Part shown: positions 8,047-18,203 of the stretch, piece after piece
Layout of the letters: the number at the start of each line of letters is the position of its first letter
Position numbering within the stretch: position 1 is the first letter of the stretch
NCBI GenBank assembly: GCA_021323375.2
Contig: JAJPCT020000016.1
Location: 85,571-149,570 of the forward strand
Source: Candidatus Wolframiiraptor gerlachensis
GTDB taxonomy: Archaea > Thermoproteota > Nitrososphaeria_A > Caldarchaeales > Wolframiiraptoraceae
Direction: 5' to 3'
DNA: 64,000 nucleotides
Notes under the pieces: model-generated
Told to the model about the DNA's origin: nothing
Database searches by the model: none
Seen by the model: the letters and a program-made list of their open reading frames with translations, nothing else
Program-made: the position numbers and the translations under genes

Positions 8047-8473
8047 TTGCTTAATGAGTTCGAGTATTCTCGGTGGATAGGGCTGCTTGCCAAGCCCTTG
8101 AGTCGGCGAAGGCTGATCTCTCGCGGGGATTATAACTGGGCCTGCTTTAAGGCGGAGCAGGCTGCTGAATGCGCTTTGAATGGTCTTCTTAGGGGGCTTG
8201 GAATATTTTTATTATACAAATAGTCTAGTTAGCATGCTCGCCAAGCTGCCAAAAGACTTGGATTTATCAGGCATAATGCAGGCGACAAGCGAACTGGATA
8301 AGCTATTCCTGCCAACACGTTATCCTGATGCTTGGGTGGGGGGTGTGCCCTCCAACTATTATACTAGGCAAAATGCGAGGGCGGCGATAAGCTATGCTCT
8401 GATGATCATTAAGCGGGTTGAAGATTCCTGGAGCTCGCTTCGGGGGAGGGAGCAGCGTATAGCTAGAGTCTAG
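8047..8473 (+). pseudogene. HEPN-domain protein, frameshifted, lying between rpl3 and rpl4
   Basis: YNWACFKAEQAAE in one frame; LDKLFLPTRYPDAW in the next. Confidence 0.8.
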
Positions 8474-9450
8474 ACTGGTATCCCCGCATATAATAGCTGT
8501 GGCGGCTCGATCGGCGGCGGAGGCCTTGCCGGTATCCGGAGGACTATCGGCCTCTTCGGCGTCCCCGGGACGGTTCCTTCGAGAAGTATGCATGTTGTTC
8601 TTATGATTCCAAAGTGCGGGAACCCGCCTTTCGGAGTAAGCTTTGAGCCATCCTCCTCAATCGCGAGTATCCTCTTGTTATATTCCGTTCTTCTGTGGTA
8701 GCCGAGCTGACCCGGCCTCGGCACCGTATATGGGACGTATTCAGGTGTTCTGCCGCCGATTGCCCCGACAACACGCCTTCCCTTCCTCTTCTTCCTCGGC
8801 AGGATCTTGACGCCCCATCGCTTCACCACGCCCTCAAAGCCCTTGCCCTTCGTCACAGCGATGACGTCTATGAAGTCTCCGGGCTTGAAGACCTCGCTTA
8901 TCCTGATCTCCTGCCCGAGCTTCGAGACAGCATAGTCGATCGCCTTCTCTATGTCCCCACCGACCTTTATCTCTATTATATCCGGCTTCTTCTTCGAGAG
9001 GCCGGCTTGCTTCGGGAATGCCATGCCAATTATCCTAACCTCTGTAATATCGCCTCGCAGAGCCTCCAGCTTCCTCAAATCCTCCTCATTCGGCCTCCAG
9101 CTCGGGATCTTCCTCCTAATCAGGTCCACGGGAACCTTGCTGCTCCAGACTCTCAAGAGCTCTTTGAGAGATTTGTTCTCCTCAGTGTATGCGACTATGC
9201 CGGCCGCGAGCATCGGCGGGGTGACTATCACGGTGGCAACCTTCGCGACCTCCTGGCCCTGGGTCGGGGAGTTCGGCGTAGTGTCTATGTAGTATGCTGT
9301 GAGGTGGCCCGCCTTATAGCCCAAGAAGCCTAAGGGCTTCGGCTCGCCCTCATATAGAGGCCAATACCTTACCCTAGGGACGAGGCGACTGGCCCTGCCT
9401 CTAGGCAGGAATGCGAGTGAACCTGATCTCGGCTTCGAATCCTTGACCAT
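8470..9450 (-). CDS. rpl3: 50S ribosomal protein uL3
   Basis: PRSGSLAFLPR, GYKAG, TKGKGFEGVVKRWG, GQLGYHRRTEYNK. Confidence 0.98.
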   Translation of the reverse strand: MVKDSKPRSGSLAFLPRGRASRLVPRVRYWPLYEGEPKPLGFLGYKAGHLTAYYIDTTPNSPTQGQEVAKVATVIVTPPMLAAGIVAYTEENKSLKELLRVWSSKVPVDLIRRKIPSWRPNEEDLRKLEALRGDITEVRIIGMAFPKQAGLSKKKPDIIEIKVGGDIEKAIDYAVSKLGQEIRISEVFKPGDFIDVIAVTKGKGFEGVVKRWGVKILPRKKRKGRRVVGAIGGRTPEYVPYTVPRPGQLGYHRRTEYNKRILAIEEDGSKLTPKGGFPHFGIIRTTCILLEGTVPGTPKRPIVLRIPARPPPPIEPPQLLYAGIPV

Positions 9451-9553
9451 CCGCTATCTCCCGCATAGCCCTAGGGCTCGACGATATAAGCCTAATCCTT
9501 GGAAGTTTGTGGGAATCCCCTTAAATACGAGGCTGGCGAGTCTTAGTTTTGCT

Positions 9554-10039
9554 ATGGCTGCTCGGGAACTTCCCGTGACCCGTGAGATAATTGAGCTGAT
9601 TAGGAGGCCGAGTGTGGTTGGCTTGGCGACTCACCGGCATTTGCCACATGAGAGGGCGATATACATGAGGCATGGTAGATGCGGCTTCGCGATCGACGTG
9701 CTGGTGGAGGAGAATGGTGTTAGGAGGCTCTACTCCGTCCTCGTGGAGGCAGAGGTGAACATCGGCGATAGGAGGGAGTTTAAGTCATTCATGGAGCTCG
9801 GCGGCATAATCCGCTACCAGCTCTCCGAGAAGATCGGCGACACGTTCAAGATAACAAGGAAGGAGCTCAGCTACAGGGATGGAGAGGAGCTCTTCCATCA
9901 AGTCGATCTTGTTAGAGCCGCATTCTACGAGAAGTATCGGGAGCTCAAGGCCAAGGCCGGGGTTGAACCGGCGAAGATAGAGGAGGAGATCTTCCACCAG
10001 GTTGGAATCAGGCCCGAGGAGATGCTTCTCGGAGTATAA
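9554..10039 (+). CDS. hypothetical protein
   Basis: Host-like codon usage; likely ATG at 9554 downstream of a TTAAATA box. Confidence 0.7.
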   Translation: MAARELPVTREIIELIRRPSVVGLATHRHLPHERAIYMRHGRCGFAIDVLVEENGVRRLYSVLVEAEVNIGDRREFKSFMELGGIIRYQLSEKIGDTFKITRKELSYRDGEELFHQVDLVRAAFYEKYRELKAKAGVEPAKIEEEIFHQVGIRPEEMLLGV

Positions 10040-10043
10040 GCTG

Positions 10044-11306
10044 ATGATAGGGCTCGCGCTCGCGGAGAGGGCCGAGGATGCTAAAAGGATTGCTGAGAGG
10101 CTGGTGAAGTCTCAGGAGTATAGGCTCGTCAAGTCATTCAGGCTTATTGAGATTGAGACAGAGATAGGCTATGTCTCTGTGGCCGCTAGGGAGGATGAGT
10201 TCGTCGAGAGAGGCGATGCGCTGGCGGCATGTATGCATTATCCGCGTGCTGGCATAAGGTTCCTCGAGAATCTCCTAGAGTCCGAGGATCTCGTGAAGAC
10301 TTTGATGAATCTCGACCTCTTCCTTTCCGGCGCTATAGTTGATTATGAGAGGGTTGTCTTGTTCAGGGATCATGTCGGCCATATGCCCCTAGCATATGCT
10401 AGACATGGTAGGTCGCTCATAGCGGCCTTGAGTAAGTCGGCGATCGGGTCGGCCGCGAGATCTCTTGAGCCGGGCCATATGCTGATCCTAGACCGCTCGG
10501 GTTCAAGACTTGTCAGATGGTATCATCCCGGAAGATGGGTGATGGGCGATCCGGGAAGGGAGCTTGCCGAGAGGCTGATGCACGTCTCCGAGAAGTATCT
10601 CCCGGACACGGTCTTCCTCGGGTTCTCCGGCGGGCTTGATAGCTCCATCCTCGCTCATCTAGCAGCTCGAGCTGGCAGGAATGTTAGGGGGATCGCCGTG
10701 GCCATGAGGGGAAGCCTTGATCATGCTTGGGCCCAAGAGACAGCTGAGATCCTAGAGATCGGGCTAGAGATCCTAGAGCCATGCGATGAGGAGCTCATGG
10801 ATGTTGTGAGGCTCTTGTCGAGCCAACTCCCGGGAGCGGGGCTAATGGATCTCTCGATAGCATCCCTCATGCTTCTGGCCGCGAGGAGGGCTGGAGGTGT
10901 TCTTGTGGTCGGGCAGGGGGCTGACGAGCTTTTCGGGGGCTACTGGAGATATGAGAAGATGCTGCTTGAGCATGGTATCGAGAAGGCCGCCGAGATTATG
11001 AGCAGGGATGTTGAGAGGATTGGCGAGAGGAATTTGGAGAGGGATGAGCTTGCTGCAGCCCTCGCGGGCTCGCAGCTTCTCGCACCATATGTTGCTAGGC
11101 CCATCTATGAGGCCGCTCTCTCAATAAGCCCAGAACTTAAGCTAAGGATGCTGGATGGCAGGGTTGTCAGGAAGTGGATATTGAGAAGGGCTGCTGAGAT
11201 CCTCGGGGTCCCGGGGAAGGTTCTCGAGAGGCCTAAGAAGGCCGCGCAATATAGCTCGGGAATTCAGAGGAGGCTGAGGAAGCTCCTAGCGGAGAAAAAA
11301 TTGTAG
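10044..11306 (+). CDS. asparagine synthase-related PP-loop protein
   Basis: FSGGLDSS, GQGADELFGGY, KWILR, RPKKAAQYSSG; the glutaminase domain is degenerate. Confidence 0.85.
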   Translation: MIGLALAERAEDAKRIAERLVKSQEYRLVKSFRLIEIETEIGYVSVAAREDEFVERGDALAACMHYPRAGIRFLENLLESEDLVKTLMNLDLFLSGAIVDYERVVLFRDHVGHMPLAYARHGRSLIAALSKSAIGSAARSLEPGHMLILDRSGSRLVRWYHPGRWVMGDPGRELAERLMHVSEKYLPDTVFLGFSGGLDSSILAHLAARAGRNVRGIAVAMRGSLDHAWAQETAEILEIGLEILEPCDEELMDVVRLLSSQLPGAGLMDLSIASLMLLAARRAGGVLVVGQGADELFGGYWRYEKMLLEHGIEKAAEIMSRDVERIGERNLERDELAAALAGSQLLAPYVARPIYEAALSISPELKLRMLDGRVVRKWILRRAAEILGVPGKVLERPKKAAQYSSGIQRRLRKLLAEKKL

Positions 11307-11317
11307 TTGAGGGGGTT

Positions 11318-11380
11318 TTATGGCGGAGACTCCTTCTCCTTCTTCTTTTTCGAGGATCCTCCACGGCAGCAGGGAGCCAT
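11318..11380 (-). CDS. possible 20-aa peptide MAPCCRGGSSKKKKEKESPP
   Basis: Intergenic ATG...TAA with a BRE/TATA-like GAAAACGCTTAAC ~25-30 nt upstream. Confidence 0.35.
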   Translation of the reverse strand: MAPCCRGGSSKKKKEKESPP

Positions 11381-11441
11381 GGCGATGGTCTCGCGGCGCC
11401 TAGTGTTAAGCGTTTTCCGGGCTGGGGTGCATGGATAATAC

Positions 11442-12029
11442 GTGGATTATCTCCTAACTCTCTCGATGAGTGTGGATAATGGCTTGGCGGTAATCTATGA
11501 TGCTGTCCTGAGGCTTAAGGGGCTTAAGAGGACTGGCTGGCTCGAGAGGGGGGTGAGGGGTGCGGAGAGCGTGGCTGCTCATAGCTATGCCGTCGCCCTT
11601 CTCTCGATGATCTTGGCGGATATCAAGGGGCTTGATGTTGAGGAGGCTGTGAGGATGGCGTTGATCCATGATCTGCCAGAGGCCTTTATTGGGGATCTTA
11701 CGCCCGGCGAGAAGGAGAGGATGAGGGATTTCCAGGAGAGGGAGATGGGGGCCATCATGGAGATGGCCAAAGCCCTCCCAGGCAGGGCCTCGGAGAAGCT
11801 CATCAGGACGTGGAGACGGTATTCTGAGGGGTCAAGCGATGTGGCAAGGCTCGTCAGGGACGTAGATAAGCTTGAGATGGGGCTTCAAGCCCTAAGCTAT
11901 ATCAGGTCAGGATACTCTGGAGCATGGGAGATCTATGAGTCCGCGTTGAGGGAGATTAGGGATCCGGAGCTCCGGGAGCTTTTAAGAAGGCTTGGCGAGC
12001 GCCAACTTAATACATCGCATGTCACATAG
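11442..12029 (+). CDS. HD-domain phosphohydrolase (YfbR/HDDC2-like 5'-deoxynucleotidase)
   Basis: LKRTGW, ESVAAHS, HDLPEA..GD, DVDKLE. Confidence 0.9.
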   Translation: MDYLLTLSMSVDNGLAVIYDAVLRLKGLKRTGWLERGVRGAESVAAHSYAVALLSMILADIKGLDVEEAVRMALIHDLPEAFIGDLTPGEKERMRDFQEREMGAIMEMAKALPGRASEKLIRTWRRYSEGSSDVARLVRDVDKLEMGLQALSYIRSGYSGAWEIYESALREIRDPELRELLRRLGERQLNTSHVT

Positions 12030-12039
12030 TTAGTGCTGG

Positions 12040-13215
12040 ATGGCGGCTATCCGGGAGCTCTCCATAACGGCTAAGTATCCGTTCCTTCCTGAGGCCCGGG
12101 GGGAGCTTGCGAAATACGGGATAACTCTTGAGAGCTTCAGTGACCCGGCCTACCAGAAGGTCGTTGAGAGGGCGAAGAAAAGGATAATTGACGCGATAGA
12201 ATATGGTGATGACATCAGCCCCTCGAGCATCTCCGATGATGATTTTGTGGAGCTTGCATCATTTCCACTCTCAATAGCCATGATAGCCGCGATCGGTGAT
12301 AAGAGGCTCGCGAGGAGGTTCGCGCTCGCAACATCCTCTCTCGCGATCAAGCTCCTTGAATCCGAGGATCCCGAGTGGAGGGATGAGATAGTTCTCAGGA
12401 TCGCGCAGGATGTCTTCGGCATGGATGTTAGGAGGGAGAACAGGGTTGTCGGCGGCATCACATACGACTACTCTCTGGGGCTCAAGGATTATCTGAGAGG
12501 AGCGCTGGCGTTCAATAGGCCCGAATGGAAGCTCGTGAACCGCGTCGTCGAGCGTGGCAGGGTCTTGGTAACAGCCCATGAGCTCATTAGGCTTCTAAAG
12601 GATCGTGTGATGGAGCATATCCTATCCCTCGTGGAGAGGGCTGGCAAGATCGGCGCTCTCCCCAACCCGGTTGAGGAGGCGATTAGGGAGATTAGGGAGA
12701 GGATGCCGGCCGCGATACAGCTCGAGCTCACCACCGTTAAGAGCGGGCCCGAGACATGGCCGCCATGCATGAGGGCAATAGCAGACAAGCTCATGGCCGG
12801 CGAGAATATCAGCCACTTCGCGAACTTCGCCTTCGCAGCATTCCTCTCAAACATAGGATTTGAGCCACATGAGATAATCAGGTTCTACGCGAATAGGCCG
12901 GACTTCAACGAGAGGATCGCGAGGTATCAGGTCGAGCACATCGCCGGCCTCAGAGGCAGCAGGACAAAGTACATGACACCAAGCTGCAGCACTATGAAGA
13001 CTAACGGCTTATGCGTGAAGGATGGCGCATTATGCGGTGGGATCAGGAACCCATTAGCTTATTATAGGAGGGCGATTAGGAGGATGAGGAAGATTGATAA
13101 GGATAAGGCTGAGATGGGAGGAGAACGCGGAGAGGCTGGCGGCGAAGCTATCAGAGATTCTGGCTCCGATGGGAATACTCCCGGTGATCAACAGGTCTCA
13201 GGTAATCTTGGATGA
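12040..13215 (+). CDS. priL: DNA primase large subunit
   Basis: AKYPFL, WPPCM, DFNERIARYQVEHI.G, YMTPSC..M...GLC (Fe-S cysteines). Confidence 0.95.
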   Translation: MAAIRELSITAKYPFLPEARGELAKYGITLESFSDPAYQKVVERAKKRIIDAIEYGDDISPSSISDDDFVELASFPLSIAMIAAIGDKRLARRFALATSSLAIKLLESEDPEWRDEIVLRIAQDVFGMDVRRENRVVGGITYDYSLGLKDYLRGALAFNRPEWKLVNRVVERGRVLVTAHELIRLLKDRVMEHILSLVERAGKIGALPNPVEEAIREIRERMPAAIQLELTTVKSGPETWPPCMRAIADKLMAGENISHFANFAFAAFLSNIGFEPHEIIRFYANRPDFNERIARYQVEHIAGLRGSRTKYMTPSCSTMKTNGLCVKDGALCGGIRNPLAYYRRAIRRMRKIDKDKAEMGGERGEAGGEAIRDSGSDGNTPGDQQVSGNLG

Positions 13216-13462
13216 TGATCTCGCTTATAGGTCACTAAGAATCGAGGAGATGGTCGAGCTCGCGGCGAGGACACTATTGGAGCTCGGGATAAGATTCCGC
13301 GGAATCACTGCCTCCGATAGAGAGATCATAATCGAGGATGAGGAGCCGGAGAGGAGGGGGAGCCGCGGGCCGGGCTTCTTCATCTGTCCCCACTGCGGCT
13401 TCATAACACCATACGAGGAGGAGTATTGGAATCACTTGAAGATTCATTATATCGGGGTCTAG
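13094..13462 (+). CDS. hypothetical protein with C-terminal C2H2 zinc finger
   Basis: FICPHCGF...YWNHLKIH; overlaps the low-complexity priL tail. Confidence 0.75.
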   Translation: MIRIRLRWEENAERLAAKLSEILAPMGILPVINRSQVILDDDLAYRSLRIEEMVELAARTLLELGIRFRGITASDREIIIEDEEPERRGSRGPGFFICPHCGFITPYEEEYWNHLKIHYIGV

Positions 13463-13959
13463 GGCCGTTTAAAGCCTGCGATGAGCCTCTTCCAGTAATC
13501 CCAGTCCACGAGCCCATAAACCCCCTTAACCACGTTCTCGTCTATAGCGGCGGCAGCCATCTCGCCGAGCTTATCAATTGCGATGTTCGCAATTATTCTG
13601 AATGGGAGGCCGGCCGTCTTCGCTGCATAAATAGCCACCGATGTGCATGATTTGACAAGATCCCAGTTCACTGCGCCAGCCTCCCCTCTAATCACCTCCA
13701 CTAGGCCCCCGAGATCTGTGAAATAATCCCTCAAGTCCTTCTCCATATCGGGCACGCTTACAAGGGTATTTCTAGCCAGACTTAGAATCCTGTGAGCCGA
13801 GGCCTCCGCACGCGCTATCCTCCAAGTTATCGAGATGATCCTCGAGAGGGAGATCGCGTCTTCAAGTTTCCTGATCCGCTCCTCGAGCTCCTGGAGCTTT
13901 CCCGAGATCTCCTCGAGAAGCCTCCTGACCTCCTCGAGAAGCCTCTCCTCGGATGCCAA
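13459..13959 (-). CDS. hypothetical coiled-coil protein
   Basis: 166 aa, heptad N-terminus, same operon as sufBC. Confidence 0.7.
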   Translation of the reverse strand: MASEERLLEEVRRLLEEISGKLQELEERIRKLEDAISLSRIISITWRIARAEASAHRILSLARNTLVSVPDMEKDLRDYFTDLGGLVEVIRGEAGAVNWDLVKSCTSVAIYAAKTAGLPFRIIANIAIDKLGEMAAAAIDENVVKGVYGLVDWDYWKRLIAGFKRP

Positions 13960-13963
13960 GCCC

Positions 13964-15169
13964 CTAGAATCCCTTGACCGCGAGGTCTATAATCTTTTTG
14001 ATCGATTCCTCGAGGAAGCTTGGGAGGTTGAGGGGGGATACGTCTAGGAAGCCCCTGACTATCAGGGACTCAGCCTCCTCTCTCGAGAAGCCCCTTGACA
14101 TGAGGTATATTAGCTGGTCCTCGGAGATCCTGCCTATCGCCGCCTCATGAGTCAGCGACGCGTTCATTCTTCTCGAGATCAGCTCCGGTATAGTGTATAT
14201 CTCCGCCTCGTCAGAGAGCATTAGGCCCCTGCAGCTTATGTGACCGCGGCCATCATCCGCCTCACACTCTATCCTTCCACGCATGGTGAGCTTGGCCCTA
14301 TTCAAGGCGACCGCGCTCGTGGTCAGCTCAGCTCTCCCACCCCTCCCCGCTATCAAGCAATCGCCACCCATATCCATCCTCGAAGAGCCGTCAAGATAGA
14401 TGATATTACTCATGGATATCACCGCACTCCCTCCCTCAAGCCTCGCAGACGGCTTTGACTGGAAGCTACCAACAGAGCCGAGGAGGACATAGTTGTAGGA
14501 TACCATCGCGCCCTCCTCGAGCACTATGCCGGTCCTCGGCCTTACGTGGAAGCTCGGCCCCCATCTATGAATCATTGTATAATTCAGCTTCGCGCCCTGC
14601 CTGACGAATATCTCTGTTACACCAATATGGAGCCCCCTCTGATCATGCCTCCTCATCGTGCAGCCCGTGATTATACATGCCTCAGAGCCCGGCTCAGCAA
14701 CTATGAGGTTGTGAACGCTCTGGATTATCCCGGGCGAGTAGGAGAAGAAGCATGCCTGAATCGGCATGTGAAGCCTCCTACCCTCAAGTATCCTGAGGAA
14801 GAACCCGCTCGGCGGCTTCAAGGCATTATATGCGGTATATTTGTCAGTATATGGGCTTACAAGGCTCCAGAAGTGATCCCGAGCCCATGGATACCTCTCA
14901 AAAGCCTCCTGTATTGGCATGAGCTCTATATCTCCTTGGAACTGCTTCTGGACAGCCCTATACGCGATCTCATGATCGATCTGGAGGAATGTTGTGAGGG
15001 ATGATGCTCTCCCCAGATCCACCCCAACCTCGAGGCTCCTCCTCCTAACATCCTCATCAACCTCGATCCTCTCTTTGGACTCCTGCTCGAACTCCTCAAG
15101 ATCTAGATCCTCGCCATATTCAGCCGGCTTGCTAAGAGCCTCTCTCAGCCGCCTCTCATTAACCTGCAT
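13964..15169 (-). CDS. sufB: SufB/SufD-family Fe-S assembly scaffold (SmsB-like)
   Basis: IITGC, GHISCRGL, LTHEAAIGRI...YLMSRG. Confidence 0.92.
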   Translation of the reverse strand: MQVNERRLREALSKPAEYGEDLDLEEFEQESKERIEVDEDVRRRSLEVGVDLGRASSLTTFLQIDHEIAYRAVQKQFQGDIELMPIQEAFERYPWARDHFWSLVSPYTDKYTAYNALKPPSGFFLRILEGRRLHMPIQACFFSYSPGIIQSVHNLIVAEPGSEACIITGCTMRRHDQRGLHIGVTEIFVRQGAKLNYTMIHRWGPSFHVRPRTGIVLEEGAMVSYNYVLLGSVGSFQSKPSARLEGGSAVISMSNIIYLDGSSRMDMGGDCLIAGRGGRAELTTSAVALNRAKLTMRGRIECEADDGRGHISCRGLMLSDEAEIYTIPELISRRMNASLTHEAAIGRISEDQLIYLMSRGFSREEAESLIVRGFLDVSPLNLPSFLEESIKKIIDLAVKGF

Positions 15170-15891
15170 CTCTCACACCACCTATATCCATCCCTTATTA
15201 TCCTGTTGAGTACCTGATCTGGATCCCCTTCACATGCTATCACGCCATCTATGAGGACATGCGCCTTCACGGGCTTCAGATGCCTGAGAATATAGCCATG
15301 ATGTGTTATTATCAGGGCGGATCTACCCCTCAAGTTCTCCGAGAGGAATCTCCCAATCAACTCGAGATTCTCCACATCAACACCCGAGTCCGGCTCATCA
15401 AGGATTATTAGCCTCGGGTTTGATGCTAGCGTCTGTGCAAGCTCGCACCTCTTAATCTCCCCGCCCGAGAAGCCTACATTCACATACCGGTTCAGGTGCT
15501 CCTGTGATATGTTGAGCCTATCAACTATCTCGAGGAATCTCTCGCCGACGCCGTTCTCGGACGCTATTCTTGCGAGGAGGTCCTTCAGCTTTACCCCATG
15601 GAGCTTTGGCGGGTTCTGAAATGCTATGCTTATCCCCATTCTAGCCCTCTCATCTATCGGCTTCTCCGTTATGTCTTGGCCGTCGAATATTATCCTCCCG
15701 CTGACTATCCTGTAATCCGGGTGCCCGATTATGGCCATCGCGAGCGTCGACTTCCCGGAGCCATTCGGCCCGAAGATCGCGTGAATCTCGCCATCACCGA
15801 CCTCGAGGCTCACGCCCTTAAGTATCAGCCTATCCCTCACAGCGACGTGAAGATTCTCTATCCTGAGCAGGGCACACCACCTCTGAACCAC
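15145..15891 (-). CDS. sufC: SufC-like ABC ATPase (start may be CTG at 15870)
   Basis: GPNGSGKST, NVGFSGGE.KR, LDEPDSGVD. Confidence 0.92.
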   Translation of the reverse strand: MVQRWCALLRIENLHVAVRDRLILKGVSLEVGDGEIHAIFGPNGSGKSTLAMAIIGHPDYRIVSGRIIFDGQDITEKPIDERARMGISIAFQNPPKLHGVKLKDLLARIASENGVGERFLEIVDRLNISQEHLNRYVNVGFSGGEIKRCELAQTLASNPRLIILDEPDSGVDVENLELIGRFLSENLRGRSALIITHHGYILRHLKPVKAHVLIDGVIACEGDPDQVLNRIIRDGYRWCERCRLMRGG

Positions 15892-15892
15892 T

Positions 15893-16261
15893 TTACGCGA
15901 TCTTGAAGAGGAGCCAGCCCCTCCCGATGTTTATCATTGCATATCTTCCTCTTAACCTTGAGCCCATGCAATCGAAGACTATCTTCTTATCTTTTTCATA
16001 TTCTACGAGCTTAAATTCACCCTTATCCCAAATCTTCACTAATCCAGCTCCGTAGCCTTCTTTTATTTCTCCCTCGAAATCCGCATACCAAAGCTCATGA
16101 TCGGGCTGAGGAATTCCAAGCCTTTTTACTCCCTGCATAGTGGGAAGCTCTTTTCTGAAAGCCCAGGATTTCAGCACACCATCTATCTCGAGTCTGAGAT
16201 CGTAGTGAAGCCCCGCACGCTTCGCATGATGCTCATGTACGACGAATATTGACATAATCAT
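15893..16261 (-). CDS. stand-alone LigD-type 3'-phosphoesterase (PE domain)
   Basis: FVVHEH.A..AGLHYDLRLEIDGVLKSWA, DH...Y.DFEG.I..GYGAG.V.IWD.G. Confidence 0.92.
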   Translation of the reverse strand: MIMSIFVVHEHHAKRAGLHYDLRLEIDGVLKSWAFRKELPTMQGVKRLGIPQPDHELWYADFEGEIKEGYGAGLVKIWDKGEFKLVEYEKDKKIVFDCMGSRLRGRYAMINIGRGWLLFKIA

Positions 16262-16340
16262 TACTTAAAACATCGAGGGGTTTAAATGTATGGGGAGGCT
16301 AGCTCTTGATTAAAGTGAAAGCTCCAAATACCGTTTTTGA

Positions 16341-18158
16341 ATGGACTATTTTCCAGAAATGTTGCCGTTCTCGGTATATGTTGGAAAGCTTGAGAATGGA
16401 TTCCGAGCTATAGTTGCTCGTCATTACTTCAGGAAATGGCTTCCATTATCGGTCATAATAGGCATAGCTGCAGGATTCTCAGCAATAGCCTTCCATGAAA
16501 TGGTTAAGCATGCGACGGCCGCCCTATTGGTAGGAGTCGCGGGATATCATCCGCCAGCTCCCGTTGGAGAGGGAGAAACCTTATTTAAGTTTCCAGAAAC
16601 ACCTTATCTAATCCCGCTAATCACCTGTATCGGAGGCCTGATCAGTGGTCTTCTAGTCCACTTGTTTGTTCCAGAAGCTGAGGGTGATGGATTTGATGCT
16701 GCAATCGACGCATTTCATAATAAGAGAGGCGAGGTTAGGGCGCGGGTTCCATTCATTAAGATGTTAGCGTCAGCAATTACGCTGGGCTCGGGTGGAAGCG
16801 CCGGGAGAGAGGGGCCTATTGCGCTTACCTCGGCTGGAGTCGCATCTATTGTTGGAAAAATCTTTAAGCTTAGTGAGAAGGACAGAAGGATAGCTGTTGT
16901 GGCGGGGATTGGGTCTGGTATAGGCGCGATTTTTAAAGCACCTTTCGGAGGTGCAATCCTCGCAGCCGAGATCCTTTATCTACGCGATTTTGAAATCGAG
17001 GCTCTTGTGCCATCGTTTATAGCATCAGTAGTTGCCTATAGTATTTTCTCGATGGTCTATGGGTGGCAGCCGATCTTCGGGGGTGGAGGTCAATATATCT
17101 TCAAGGATCCCCTGAGCCTCGTATATTATGCCTTTCTAGGGGTTCTATGCGGGCTGCTAGGGATACTCTACGTAAAATCGTTCTATGGTGTGAAAAGTCT
17201 CTTCGATAGATGGAGGATCCCGAAAGTCTTCAAACCCGCGGTTGGCGGGCTTCTCCTTGGGATTATTGGGATCTGGGTTCCACATGTCCTCGGAACAGGC
17301 TATGGATGGCTTCAAAAAGTAATTTTAGGAGACTTCTCGGCTATGACGCTGAGTCTAATCATCGCAATAATATTCTTGAAGATAATTGCAACCGCCCTTA
17401 CAGTAGGCTCAGGTGGAAGCGGGGGAGTATTTGCTCCCGCTTTGGTGATAGGTGGAATGACCGGAGCTGCGACTTGGTTAATCTTCCACTCGCTAGGAGT
17501 AATTCCTGAAGCTTCTCCAGCGCCTTACGTTATCGTTGGAATGATGGCTTTCTTTGGCGGGGTTGGAAAAGTCCCGATAGCAGTTATCCTAATGGTTAGC
17601 GAGATGACTGGAACCTACAGCTTAATCGTTCCATCAATGCTCTCGACAGCGATAGCATACGTGATAACAGGAGATAACACAATTTACATTAGCCAAGTTC
17701 CGACGAGAGCTGACTCGCCCGCTCACATGACCGAGTATTCAATTCCACTTTTCATGAAGATAAGGGTTAGAGACGCCATGACTAGGAGGGTCGTAACGGT
17801 CTCTCCCGAGGATCCTGTTATGAAGGCGGCGGAGCTTATGACGAAATATGAGATTAGAGGATTACCGGTCGTGAAGGATGGGATCCTAGAAGGGATAATA
17901 ACTCTTTCAGATATCCTAAGGCTTCCAGCCGATAAGAGAGATTATGTGAAAGTTGGAGATGTGATGTCAAAAGATGTCATCGTGACCTATCCTAATGAAT
18001 CCCTCTTAGAGGCATTTGAGAAAATGATTCATTATCAGGTCGGCAGGCTTCCGGTAGTTGAGTCCCCGAAGTCTAGAAAGCTTATCGGGATAATCACGAG
18101 AGGCGATATTGGAAGAGTCTACGAGCTTAGAATGAGAGAGGTTGTGGCTGAGAGATAA
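16341..18158 (+). CDS. ClC chloride channel/antiporter with CBS pair
   Basis: GSAGREGP, GSGGVFAP, C-terminal CBS domains. Confidence 0.95.
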   Translation: MDYFPEMLPFSVYVGKLENGFRAIVARHYFRKWLPLSVIIGIAAGFSAIAFHEMVKHATAALLVGVAGYHPPAPVGEGETLFKFPETPYLIPLITCIGGLISGLLVHLFVPEAEGDGFDAAIDAFHNKRGEVRARVPFIKMLASAITLGSGGSAGREGPIALTSAGVASIVGKIFKLSEKDRRIAVVAGIGSGIGAIFKAPFGGAILAAEILYLRDFEIEALVPSFIASVVAYSIFSMVYGWQPIFGGGGQYIFKDPLSLVYYAFLGVLCGLLGILYVKSFYGVKSLFDRWRIPKVFKPAVGGLLLGIIGIWVPHVLGTGYGWLQKVILGDFSAMTLSLIIAIIFLKIIATALTVGSGGSGGVFAPALVIGGMTGAATWLIFHSLGVIPEASPAPYVIVGMMAFFGGVGKVPIAVILMVSEMTGTYSLIVPSMLSTAIAYVITGDNTIYISQVPTRADSPAHMTEYSIPLFMKIRVRDAMTRRVVTVSPEDPVMKAAELMTKYEIRGLPVVKDGILEGIITLSDILRLPADKRDYVKVGDVMSKDVIVTYPNESLLEAFEKMIHYQVGRLPVVESPKSRKLIGIITRGDIGRVYELRMREVVAER

Positions 18159-18203
18159 TACCGTATCACCTATATATCATCGCTAGGTGTAAGTAATTGG
18201 AGA

